31,673 nt of DNA from a virus. The position numbers and the translations under genes are program-made. The notes under the pieces are model-generated. The model was not told the DNA's origin. It ran no database searches and was given only the letters and a program-made list of their open reading frames with translations. The DNA lies in the IMG/VR virus record IMGVR_UViG_3300045988_094921, positions 1 to 31,673 of that record, one strand, 5' to 3'. Position 1 is the stretch's first letter; each line of letters starts with the position of its first letter. This document shows, in pieces, positions 9,720 through 17,251 of this stretch.

Positions 9720-9881
9720 TTAATCAAATTTAGAAATAAACATATAATCTTTATTTTTTAATACTTTGTCTATAATATCACCAAATCTTTTAGTAGCCTC
9801 TTTACATTCGAGCATTCATCTATCTAACTCTTTAATATACTCTTCTGTTTGTTTAATTGTTTCTTTAATATCATTTTCCAT
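9720..9881 (-). CDS. Hypothetical small protein (53 aa)
   Basis: Minus-strand ORF MENDIKETIKQTEEYIKELDR(TGA)MLECKEATKRFGDIIDKVLKNKDYMFISKFD. Contains one in-frame TGA. Confidence 0.45.
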
Positions 9882-9900
9882 AATTAAAATATTTTAATAA

Positions 9901-9951
9901 ATGTCTATTTTTTACTCAACTAATGTATATAGATAAAAATAAAAATAGACA
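9901..9951 (-). repeat. Conserved ~50-nt intergenic dyad element, copy A (minus orientation)
   Basis: The reverse complement reads TGTCTATTTTTATTTTTATCTATATACATTAGTTGAGTAAAAAATAGACAT and starts 2 nt after the helicase stop codon. The arms TGTCTATTTTTA and TAAAAAATAGACA are almost perfectly complementary. Confidence 0.8.
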
Positions 9952-9953
9952 TA

Positions 9954-11672
9954 CTAATTTTTAAAGACATACTTTTTACCTATAATAGTATATCCATAAG
10001 ATCTGTTTCCATTCACTGATTTTTTAGTTACCTTAACTTCATAATATTTTGTAATATCAGTAGCTTTAGCATTAGTTTTATTAACTAAATCATAAGCTTT
10101 TTGTAGTATCTTTTTAATATCAGTATTAGAATACCACATACCTAAAGTTATATCTTTATTAAGTTTATTTGCCACTTTATTATCTACAGATTTATCTGAA
10201 GTTTTAATAAGTTCATCTTTTATTTTAGTAATACAGTATTTTAGAGTGGCCATTTTATTGAATCCAAGTTTAGTAATAGCATCCATTAACCAAGGGTATT
10301 TAATAAGAGCATCATCTAATTTTGGGGTGTTTACCTTATATAAGGTTTCATATTCCTCTCTTACTTCTTTAATTATATCTTTAAATGCTTTTGTTTTAGT
10401 ATTTAGATCTATTTTTATAGAATTATCATATTGTTCTACCACTTTATTAAATCCTTTATTAATATATTCCTTAGAAAGATTAGCTCTAGCAGAATACAGT
10501 CCCCTAGATACTTTAAAATTAAATAAATCAATTTTAGCCATATTAGGGTCAAATTCAAATACATCATCCCAATTTAATTTAATGTATGCATCAGAAGTAA
10601 ATTCTCTAAGTTTCTTTTTAGCTATCTCTGGAAGTTTATTGTATGCTTCTACAGCAATTTTAGTTTCTTCAATATTCTGGATATTAAGCTTTTTAAATTC
10701 TTCATAAGATATATCAGCATATCTTGTTGTAGAATAAATGTGAGTTATCCAATTAATATATTTACTATTTCTAATTCTACCAGCAATCTGCTGTATAGAA
10801 GTTGATATATCAAGTAATGTATTAGCTTTACTTGGATCAGATATAATTATTATCCTTCCATTTTCATCATAAATATCTGAACCTTCAAATACAGTTGAAG
10901 TTAATAAGTTTATTTTCTTAGGTTCATCTAAGACTGTTGAATTAGGAATTGACAGTTTAGTTTTATTGTTTTTGGAATATATAACTCTGGTATTATTAGA
11001 TGTTAATTTGGCTTTCTTAATAAGGTTCTTTATAAAGTCTACTGAATTAACGAATATGTAGGCGTTACCTTCAACCTGTCCGTTTAAAAATCCATTTATA
11101 AGTTTAATAGTAGAAGCTTCTACATTATCACATTTAACAGTTTGCACTTTTACATCTATAACATCATCCCATTCCTGCTTTACTAATTCTAAATCTTTTA
11201 ATTCATCTAATACAAACTCTTCCTCTAAAGGTGTTGCGGTCATAAATGTAAAATCTTTAAATAATTTATAATATTTAAGCACTGATTGAATAGCAGAGCT
11301 TCTAAAGCTATACTGATTAAAGAGAATATGATATTCATCAATTAAAATGCTAAACTCTTTAGGATTAATTGCAGAAATAACTTTATAAAGAGAATCATAG
11401 GTAACAATGATTTTAGGGCATTTAACACTATCTACATAATCTTTAATCTCTTTAATAGTAACACCAGCATAAACTCCAAATATCTTCTCAGTACGTCTTT
11501 CATTTGGATATTGTTGAAGTTTATTTTCAACTAAGCTAGTAAATGGAACACAAATAACATAAGGCTTATTGCATTCAATTGCCATTGAAGTTCCTCCACA
11601 TCCAACTTTTCCTTTATCAAATAAACAGTTAGTTGGCAACTCATTAATAATTTCATTTAAATATGTTTTCAT
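9954..11672 (-). CDS. Superfamily-2 DExH-box helicase-like protein
   Basis: 572-aa uninterrupted ORF. Walker A-like GKVGCGGTS, DEYH box (ILIDEYH) and motif III-like MTATP. All five Trp codons are TGG, with no TGA. Confidence 0.75.
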   Translation of the reverse strand: MKTYLNEIINELPTNCLFDKGKVGCGGTSMAIECNKPYVICVPFTSLVENKLQQYPNERRTEKIFGVYAGVTIKEIKDYVDSVKCPKIIVTYDSLYKVISAINPKEFSILIDEYHILFNQYSFRSSAIQSVLKYYKLFKDFTFMTATPLEEEFVLDELKDLELVKQEWDDVIDVKVQTVKCDNVEASTIKLINGFLNGQVEGNAYIFVNSVDFIKNLIKKAKLTSNNTRVIYSKNNKTKLSIPNSTVLDEPKKINLLTSTVFEGSDIYDENGRIIIISDPSKANTLLDISTSIQQIAGRIRNSKYINWITHIYSTTRYADISYEEFKKLNIQNIEETKIAVEAYNKLPEIAKKKLREFTSDAYIKLNWDDVFEFDPNMAKIDLFNFKVSRGLYSARANLSKEYINKGFNKVVEQYDNSIKIDLNTKTKAFKDIIKEVREEYETLYKVNTPKLDDALIKYPWLMDAITKLGFNKMATLKYCITKIKDELIKTSDKSVDNKVANKLNKDITLGMWYSNTDIKKILQKAYDLVNKTNAKATDITKYYEVKVTKKSVNGNRSYGYTIIGKKYVFKN

Positions 11673-11697
11673 AGTTGTAATAATTTTGGTTATTAAT

Positions 11698-11747
11698 TGT
11701 CTATTTTTATTTTATCTATACACATCAAGTGAGTAAAAATTTGACAC
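11698..11747 (+). repeat. Conserved ~50-nt intergenic dyad element, copy B (plus orientation, inverted relative to copy A)
   Basis: TGTCTATTTTTATTTTATCTATACACATCAAGTGAGTAAAAATTTGACAC, 26 nt upstream of the helicase start codon. Its reverse complement matches 9901-9951 at about 43 of 51 positions by hand alignment. Confidence 0.8.
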
Positions 11748-11763
11748 CTTAATGTTAAAAAGT

Positions 11764-11782
11764 GGCAGGATTTTCACCTGCC
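11764..11782 (-). terminator. GC-rich hairpin in the helicase leader (terminator or attenuator-like on the minus strand)
   Basis: GGCAGG pairs with CCTGCC around a 7-nt loop. On the minus strand it is followed by ACTTTTTAAC. It lies downstream of the two minus-strand promoters and upstream of the helicase. Confidence 0.4.
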
Positions 11783-11819
11783 TAGAAGTAGTAGAATTAC
11801 TTGTTTTATTTTGATAGTA

Positions 11820-11851
11820 CAAATATACAACAATTTTTCTCAATCTCCAAA
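11820..11851 (-). promoter_or_regulatory. Bacteroidota-type promoter P2 (TTTG-N20-TATATTTG) facing the helicase gene
   Basis: Plus-strand CAAATATA at 11820-11827 is the minus-strand TATATTTG (-7 box TAnnTTTG). Plus-strand CAAA at 11848-11851 is the minus-strand TTTG (-33 box). The spacer is exactly 20 nt. Confidence 0.6.
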
Positions 11852-11900
11852 TAATTTAAGCATTATTTTTATTTAAAGTTGTATTTTTATTATCACACTA

Positions 11901-11932
11901 CAAATATAAGAATAATTTTTTTAATCTACAAA
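11901..11932 (-). promoter_or_regulatory. Bacteroidota-type promoter P1 (TTTG-N20-TATATTTG), tandem duplicate of P2
   Basis: Plus-strand CAAATATA at 11901-11908 and CAAA at 11929-11932, with a 20-nt spacer. About 40 nt of flanking sequence is similar to P2, 81 nt away. Confidence 0.55.
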
Positions 11933-12406
11933 ATTTTTAGCACTTTTTCTTGTCCAAAGTTTTGTTAACTTTTTACCATTTTCTTTTTCATATCTTTGGT
12001 TAGCATATGTAATTCAATTCCAATTTAGTGCATTTAAAGAGATTGCTGCCCTACTTAAAGAAACCCCAGATAAACATAATTCTACTAATTTATCTATATT
12101 ATCATTATATCACTCTTTTTTACTCTGTTTATTTATTGTTACGTTATGTGCAGTTTTAAAATCATTCAGCAGCTCTACAATTAACTCATCTGGCAATTCT
12201 AATCATTCTGAATTACTTTTAGTTTTATATGCTCTATATTTATCCCTATAGTAATTTTCATCATCTCTAGTTCCATCTTTAACTATAAAAAATTCTATTA
12301 TTTCATTTGGAATAGCGTTCTTATACGAAGTTAGCCTACTACTTAAATTAGAAGTATATCCAACTTTAATGAAATTTGTCTTGGCTAGTTTAATTACGTA
12401 AATCAT
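11921..12406 (-). CDS. T5orf172/MUG113-type GIY-YIG-superfamily domain protein
   Basis: MIYVIKLAKTNFIKVGYTSNLSSRLTSYKNAIPNEIIEFFIVKDGTRDDENYYRDKYRAYKTKSNSE(TGA)LELPDE. This is the characteristic EWF/EWL motif. It continues through TGA at 12203, 12110 and 12014 to TAA (plus-strand TTA at 11921-11923). The track ORF N-terminal extension (12407-12514) is rejected. Confidence 0.7.
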
Positions 12407-12472
12407 ATTGTTTTTATTAATATATAATAAAAATACAAATAGTAATATTTTTTTGAAAAAATGCATAAAAAA

Positions 12473-12505
12473 TTTGGAGATTTGATTTTTTTTGTTGTAT
12501 ATTTG
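12473..12505 (+). promoter_or_regulatory. Bacteroidota-type early promoter (TTTG-N21-TATATTTG) for the rightward early operon
   Basis: TTTG at 12473-12476, a 21-nt spacer, then TATATTTG at 12498-12505. The first gene ATG is at 12544. Confidence 0.6.
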
Positions 12506-12543
12506 TAATATCAATAAAACAGGTTTAACTAAAATTTTTAATT

Positions 12544-12732
12544 ATGAATTATATAAAAAGACTTAATGATTTAATTGAATCAATAAACTTAACTCCAGAA
12601 ATTGAAAAGGAAATAGCTAGTTTAATTGAAAAAGAAGGATTGGAAACTGCTGTATTATTTATGGAAAAGTTAGCTGGAGTTTCATATAAGAATGAAGATA
12701 AGACCTTTTATGGAGTAGGTGTAATTATTTAA
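12544..12732 (+). CDS. Hypothetical early protein (62 aa)
   Basis: First ORF after the early promoter. No TGA. No motif recognised. Confidence 0.55.
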   Translation: MNYIKRLNDLIESINLTPEIEKEIASLIEKEGLETAVLFMEKLAGVSYKNEDKTFYGVGVII

Positions 12733-12743
12733 TAATATAGAAT

Positions 12744-12983
12744 ATGAAAAATATATTTAAATATGCAGTTATTATACTTTTAGTTTTAATGTGTATAGCT
12801 GGAATTAGAGGATATAAAGCTTATAACGAGTATCAAACTAAAACATTTGAATTAAGATTAGAAAGAGCAGAATTAAAACATAAATTAGATTCAGTAATGT
12901 GGGTTAATCCAGCAAGTGAAGAAGTATCTAATTTATATGAAGAATATTGTGATTTAACACTTAAAATTAATAATATAAAATAA
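12744..12983 (+). CDS. Hypothetical early protein with an N-terminal transmembrane helix (79 aa)
   Basis: The hydrophobic segment IFKYAVIILLVLMCIAGI is followed by a charged helical region. No TGA. Confidence 0.55.
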   Translation: MKNIFKYAVIILLVLMCIAGIRGYKAYNEYQTKTFELRLERAELKHKLDSVMWVNPASEEVSNLYEEYCDLTLKINNIK

Positions 12984-13420
12984 TGAAAACAGATATAAGA
13001 AGCTTAGTCTTTACAAAGAATCTATTTAAAGAGAAATTTAATATAGACATAGAATGATGTAAAGACGATTACTCCAGATATGATGGAACATTTAATTGGA
13101 ATGGAATTGATTATATAATTGAAGTTAAAAGGAGAAGATTTAATTCTAATAAATATCCAACCACTATTATTAATAGGGATAAATTTGATATGCTATCAAG
13201 AAATAATTCTATATTAGTAATAATATTTGATGATGGAGTATATATATTTAAAGATATAAAACAAGCCTTTATAAAGGATTCTATGAAATATGGTTGTTCT
13301 ACAACAGATTTTGGAGGAACTTATGGCTATTCATTAAAAACAGAGTTGTCTTTAAAGAAAGCCATTAAGATAGATGTAAATACAGAATTTAGTAATTATA
13401 TAGCAAATGATAGCCTATAA
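12983..13420 (+). CDS. Possible PD-(D/E)XK-family nuclease
   Basis: The TAATG start at 12983 is joined to track ORF 13190..13420 through TGA 13055-13057 (NIDIE-W-CKDDY). YDGTF...IDYIIEVKRRR resembles a D...ExK active-site arrangement. The functional call is tentative. Confidence 0.45.
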
Positions 13421-13901
13421 AAGAATACTTAATTTTGAAAACTACCAAATTGGAACTGATGGCTCAATATGAAGTTTAAGAGCATCAGTTCCAAAGAGGT
13501 TAAAACCTCAAGTAAAAACTAATGGGTACTTTACAGTAACATTATATAATAAAAATTTGAAAAAGAAGTGTTATATACATAGATTAGTAGCTGAAACTTT
13601 TATATCTAATCCGAATAACTATCCTTGTATAAATCATAAGGATGAAAATAAATCAAATAATAATGTAAGTAATTTAGAATGGTGTACTTATAATTATAAT
13701 AATAATTATGGAACTCATAATCTGCGAGCTGGATATAGTCATAAGAAACCAATACTGCAATTACTAAATGGAATAGTTATTAAAAGATGGGATTCAGCAA
13801 TAGATGCTGAGAGAGAACTAAATATACAATCTAGAAATATTGTAAAGGTTCTTAAAGGGCAGCGAAAAACAGCAGGAGGATATATGTGAACATATGAGTA
13901 A
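13407..13901 (+). CDS. HNH homing endonuclease, copy 2
   Basis: MIAYKRILNFENYQIGTDGSI(TGA)SL (NUMOD4-like), HRLVAETFISNP...INHKDENKSNNNVSNLEWCT (this W is TGG), ending GGYM(TGA 13887)TYE with TAA at 13899-13901. Confidence 0.85.
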
Positions 13902-14202
13902 TAACGAAATTGTAGAAAAGTACTATCCATTTATTATGGAACTTAAGCAAAAATTTGGTGCAGATGATGACTGTGTTCAAATGATTTTTGTAGAAATACT
14001 AGAGTATTCAAATCCAAAATTAAATCAGCTTGATAGCAAAAATGAATTGAAATTTTGGATTACAAGATTATTTAAGAATTATTGGTTTAGTAAAACAAGT
14101 AGATATTACTATACCTATAAGAAATATTATGAGATTGTTAAAGAACCACTTGAACAACAAAATGACGAATTGGAGGATTGATTAAATGAAACGGAAGATT
14201 AA
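13894..14202 (+). CDS. Sigma-70/ECF-family sigma factor, region 2 only (N-terminal half)
   Basis: ...CVQMIFVEILEY...ELKFWITRLFKNYWFSKTSRYY matches the region 2 pattern (...WL..IA+N...D..R+). Under code 4 it reads through TGA 14179-14181 to TAA 14200-14202. About 102 aa, with no region 4. Confidence 0.55.
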
Positions 14203-14439
14203 TATTGACGATTTACTTACTGAGTATGAAATAGACTATAGTATGTTTACAAATATGGATGATAGACTATTAAGTATATATCCAAAATGACTTGAGCTTA
14301 ATAAGGCAGATAAGACAGTAATCATATTATATGCTGAATATCACAGTTATAGAGAAGTGGGAAGAATATTAGGAATTAGTCATACTACCATAGCAAGGTG
14401 TATAAGTAATATTAGAAATAAAATATGTGGAAGGATATA
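14186..14439 (+). CDS. Sigma-70/ECF-family sigma factor, region 4 only (C-terminal HTH half)
   Basis: ...LNKADKTVIILYAEYHSYREVGRILGISHTTIARCISNIRNKI is a typical region 4.2 helix-turn-helix. It sits in a separate frame, with a TAA immediately upstream of its ATG. One TGA at 14288-14290. It is preceded by GGAGGA, the only strong SD-like sequence I saw. Confidence 0.55.
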
Positions 14440-14910
14440 GCTAATTATGAAGGTCTTTATAAAGTAAATAATATCGGAGAAGTTTATAGTATAAGGACAA
14501 ATAAATTTATTAAACCTACTATTAGAAATAACTACTTAGCAGTAGGACTATGAAAAAATGGAAAAGTTAAAATGAAGTCTATACATAGATTAGTAGCTGA
14601 AACATTTATACCAAATATATATAATTTACCAGAAGTAAATCATATTAATGAAGATAAGACTGACAATAGAGTCGAAAATCTAGAATGATGTACTAGGAAA
14701 TATAATACAAATTATGGAACTAGAAATAAAAAGATTTCTTCTTACCTTTCAAAACCTGTAGCTCAATATGATCTTAACGGAACTCTAGTTAAAAAGTATA
14801 ATTCTATTAAAGAAGCTGCGAAAGCTTTAGGTAAGTGTGATTATTCAATTCGAGCTTGTTTATATGGCAAATATAAAACAGGTTATAATTATGTATGAAG
14901 ATTATGTTAG
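14425..14910 (+). CDS. HNH homing endonuclease, copy 3
   Basis: MWKDIANYEGLYKVNNIGEVYS (NUMOD4), HRLVAETFIPN...[17 protein letters not shown](TGA)CTRKYNTNYGTR, with a C-terminal YDLNGTLVKKYNSIKEAAKALG module. Three in-frame TGA. TAG at 14908-14910. Absent from the standard-code track. Confidence 0.85.
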
Positions 14911-15233
14911 AATTATTTATAATAGCAGTAATAATAGTCTTTATAATTGATTTATCTGGGGCTTTGGATAGTTTTAAACACAGTATTTGAAAAAGACTAT
15001 TTAAAGGTATACCTTATAAAGAAGATTGAAGACTAAAACCTTTAGATTGCAGTTTATGTATGACTTGGTGAATTGGATTAATATATATTCTTATTACAAG
15101 TCAATTTTCAATTTTAATGGTTGGATATATTGCACTATTAGCATTTATGACTCCAATTATTAAAGATATTATGATATTATTAAAAGATGCATCTACTAAG
15201 CTGATAGATGTTATATACAAACTTATTAATTAA
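14895..15233 (+). CDS. Hypothetical integral membrane protein (112 aa)
   Basis: MKIMLELFIIAVIIVFIIDL...LDCSLCMTW(TGA)IGLIYILITSQFSILMVGYIALLAFM. Three in-frame TGA. Absent from the standard-code track. Confidence 0.55.
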
Positions 15234-15322
15234 AAATTATATTTTATGGAAACAGAAGTTATTTATCACTACAAGAATGGAAAGTTAATTTCTATATTTA
15301 CTTATACTAAAAAGCGCTAATT

Positions 15323-15658
15323 ATGAAACAATTAACAGAAGAGCAGTTTAAATATTTAAGAGGATTTGAAGATAGATTTGTAACTGCAACTAAGTCTAAT
15401 TATTGCAGAAATGTACAAAAGCAGGATGTAATTAAGCTTAAAGAGATTTATGAATATTTAATTGAACAAGAATATAGAATGAGCGTAGCTTGTGCTACTT
15501 GTATACTTAATCTTATAAAGAGGATTGCCCCAATCTATTTTGAATATCAAGAAAAACTAAAGGAAAATGAAAGTAAAGAATCAGGAACTGCCGAAGAAAA
15601 TAGGGAGACCGAAAAAGGAAGAAGTAAAAGAGGATCAAATAGACGAACAAAAAACTAA
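15323..15658 (+). CDS. Hypothetical protein preceding the terminase genes
   Basis: 111-aa ORF. Its last 92 nt overlap the terminase small subunit ORF in another frame. Confidence 0.5.
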   Translation: MKQLTEEQFKYLRGFEDRFVTATKSNYCRNVQKQDVIKLKEIYEYLIEQEYRMSVACATCILNLIKRIAPIYFEYQEKLKENESKESGTAEENRETEKGRSKRGSNRRTKN

Positions 15659-16019
15659 ATATCTTTATGCAGCAAGATTATTTAATAAAGGGTGGTCCAG
15701 AAATAAAGTAAGTGAGGAACTTCAAACTAAATATGGAGTTGGACAAACTACTGCTGCAAGATATATTGGAGAAGCTTATAAGATAATTGCTGAAAAGAAT
15801 GATAACCTTATAAAAAATCTTAGACATATACAATTAACAAGATTGGAAACATTATTGGATATTGCTATTAGTAAAAATGATGTAAGATCTGCTACTGAAG
15901 TTATTAAAACAATAAATTCTATGTTTGGATTAAATCAACCAGAAATTCAAGTTAATATTCAAAATAATGAATGCCAATTTAAATTTGGAGATCCTATTAT
16001 AAATGACAAGGATATATAA
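15567..16019 (+). CDS. terS: Terminase small subunit (putative)
   Basis: N-terminal basic GRPKK segment followed by an HTH-like region (WSRNKVSEELQTKYGVGQTTAARYIGEAY). It lies immediately upstream of the large terminase subunit gene and overlaps it. Confidence 0.6.
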   Translation: MKVKNQELPKKIGRPKKEEVKEDQIDEQKTKYLYAARLFNKGWSRNKVSEELQTKYGVGQTTAARYIGEAYKIIAEKNDNLIKNLRHIQLTRLETLLDIAISKNDVRSATEVIKTINSMFGLNQPEIQVNIQNNECQFKFGDPIINDKDI

Positions 16020-17250
16020 AGGATATAGGCCATTTATGTACCAATATAAGGTTCATATAGCTATGGCAGATGCTTATAGATCTGGAAGGATATTTACAAT
16101 TAAAGCTAAACGACAAGTAGGTAAATCTTTCTTAGCTGAAAATGAATTATTACGATTTGCAATTAACTATCCAAAAACAGTCAATTGTATAGTAGAACCT
16201 ACTCTTGGGCAATCAAGAAAAGTGTTTAAAGAAATAGTTAATGCTATAGCTGAAGCAGATATTCTTAAACGTAAGAATGAAACTTTGCTTGAATTAGAGT
16301 TTAATAATGGCAGTTCTATATTATTTAGATCTGGAGAACAAATGGATTCGTTACGAGGATTCTCTGTAAGTGGATTACTTGTATTAGATGAGGCTGCTTA
16401 CTTAAAAGATGAAGTATTTGAAATTATTAAACCTACTACTGATGTGTGGTCTGCTCCAATATTAATTATTAGTACTCCAAGGTTCCGAGAGGGTTTCTTT
16501 TATGACTGCTTTACTAAAGGGTTAGATCCGAAATATGACAAGTTCTATAAATCATTTGATTGAGCATTAGAAGATACATCTATGCTTTTAGATAAAGAGA
16601 AGTTAGAGATGTATCGACTTACAACCTCAAAAAATAAATTTAGAACCGAATACTTAGGGGAATTTGCAGATGATGATGGTTGTCTCTTTAATAATATATC
16701 TAACTGCATAATTGAGAAAAAACCAGATTATCAGAGTCTTTATATAGGAATAGACTGGGCTACTGGGAGTGGTAAAGACTATACTTGTGTTACTGCTTTA
16801 AATGAAAATGGGCAGATGGTCTTTATAAAGTATTTTAACGACAAAACTCCAACAGAACAAGTTGATTTACTGACAAATATATTTACTGAGTATCAGGGAT
16901 TTATAAAGATAGTTCAAGTCGAACAAAACTCAATTGGTAGTGTCTTCTATGATATGTTAGTTCGGAAGAATCCGAAAATCAGGATTATACGATTCTTAAC
17001 TACTAATAAGAGTAAGGCAGATATAGTTAATAAGCTTCAAGCTGCTTTGGAGAATGAAAAGATAGGATTATTAAAAGATGATAAACTTTTAAATGAGTTA
17101 AGACTATATGAAGCTTCATATAATCCAAAAACTGGAAATGTTAGTTATAATGCTCCATCTGGATTTAATGATGATACAGTAATTTCATTAATGCTAGCCT
17201 ATGACTCATTAAATACAACTAAAGGACATTATAATATTAAATTTAAATAG
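16003..17250 (+). CDS. terL: Terminase large subunit
   Basis: Walker A KRQVGKS and Walker B LLVLDEAAY. Track ORFs 16003..16563 and 16582..17250 share a frame and are joined by TGA 16561-16563 (KSFD-W-ALED). The nuclease half has FRTEYLGEF and GFNDD. Confidence 0.85.
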
Positions 17251-17251
17251 T

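Noticed and set aside
10246-10707. Track ORFs antisense to or overlapping long genes: 1870..2166(-), 4821..5097(-), 5622..5876(-), 8110..8295(-), 10246..10707(+), 13739..13930(-), 17520..17946(-), 23750..23968(-), 24177..24365(-), 24807..25061(-), 26625..26819(-), 28120..28335(-), 28439..28726(-), 29052..29243(+), 29378..29599(-).
   Set aside because: These are shadow ORFs inside well-supported genes on the other strand or in another frame. Their sequences are low-complexity or hydrophobic junk-like, and they have no independent start context.
12407-12514. N-terminal extensions of track ORFs: 12203..12514(-) from MILQIYNKK, 2618..3001 from MEKSQQ, 7014..7541 from MELEVK and 8750..8944 from MLYIVL.
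   Set aside because: The extensions run through a promoter region or overlap the preceding gene in another frame. Internal ATGs at 12406, 2696, 7116 and 8801 coincide with the start of the recognisable domain and with the stop/start overlaps typical of this genome.
13894-14202. TGA might encode Gly (code 25, as in Gracilibacteria and Absconditabacteria) rather than Trp, or might be a read-through or selenocysteine site.
   Set aside because: Every TGA I could place in a recognisable motif falls where Trp is expected (NLEWC, W-x-H, EW(F/L), BACON W...W). Paralogs also spell the same residue with TGG. About 55-60 occurrences is far too many for selenocysteine or occasional read-through.
15246-15320. 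Tiny ORF METEVIYHYKNGKLISIFTYTKKR (24 aa).
   Set aside because: It is too short and featureless to support as a gene. The region more plausibly holds a promoter box (TATATTTTA at 15238-15246) for the packaging genes.
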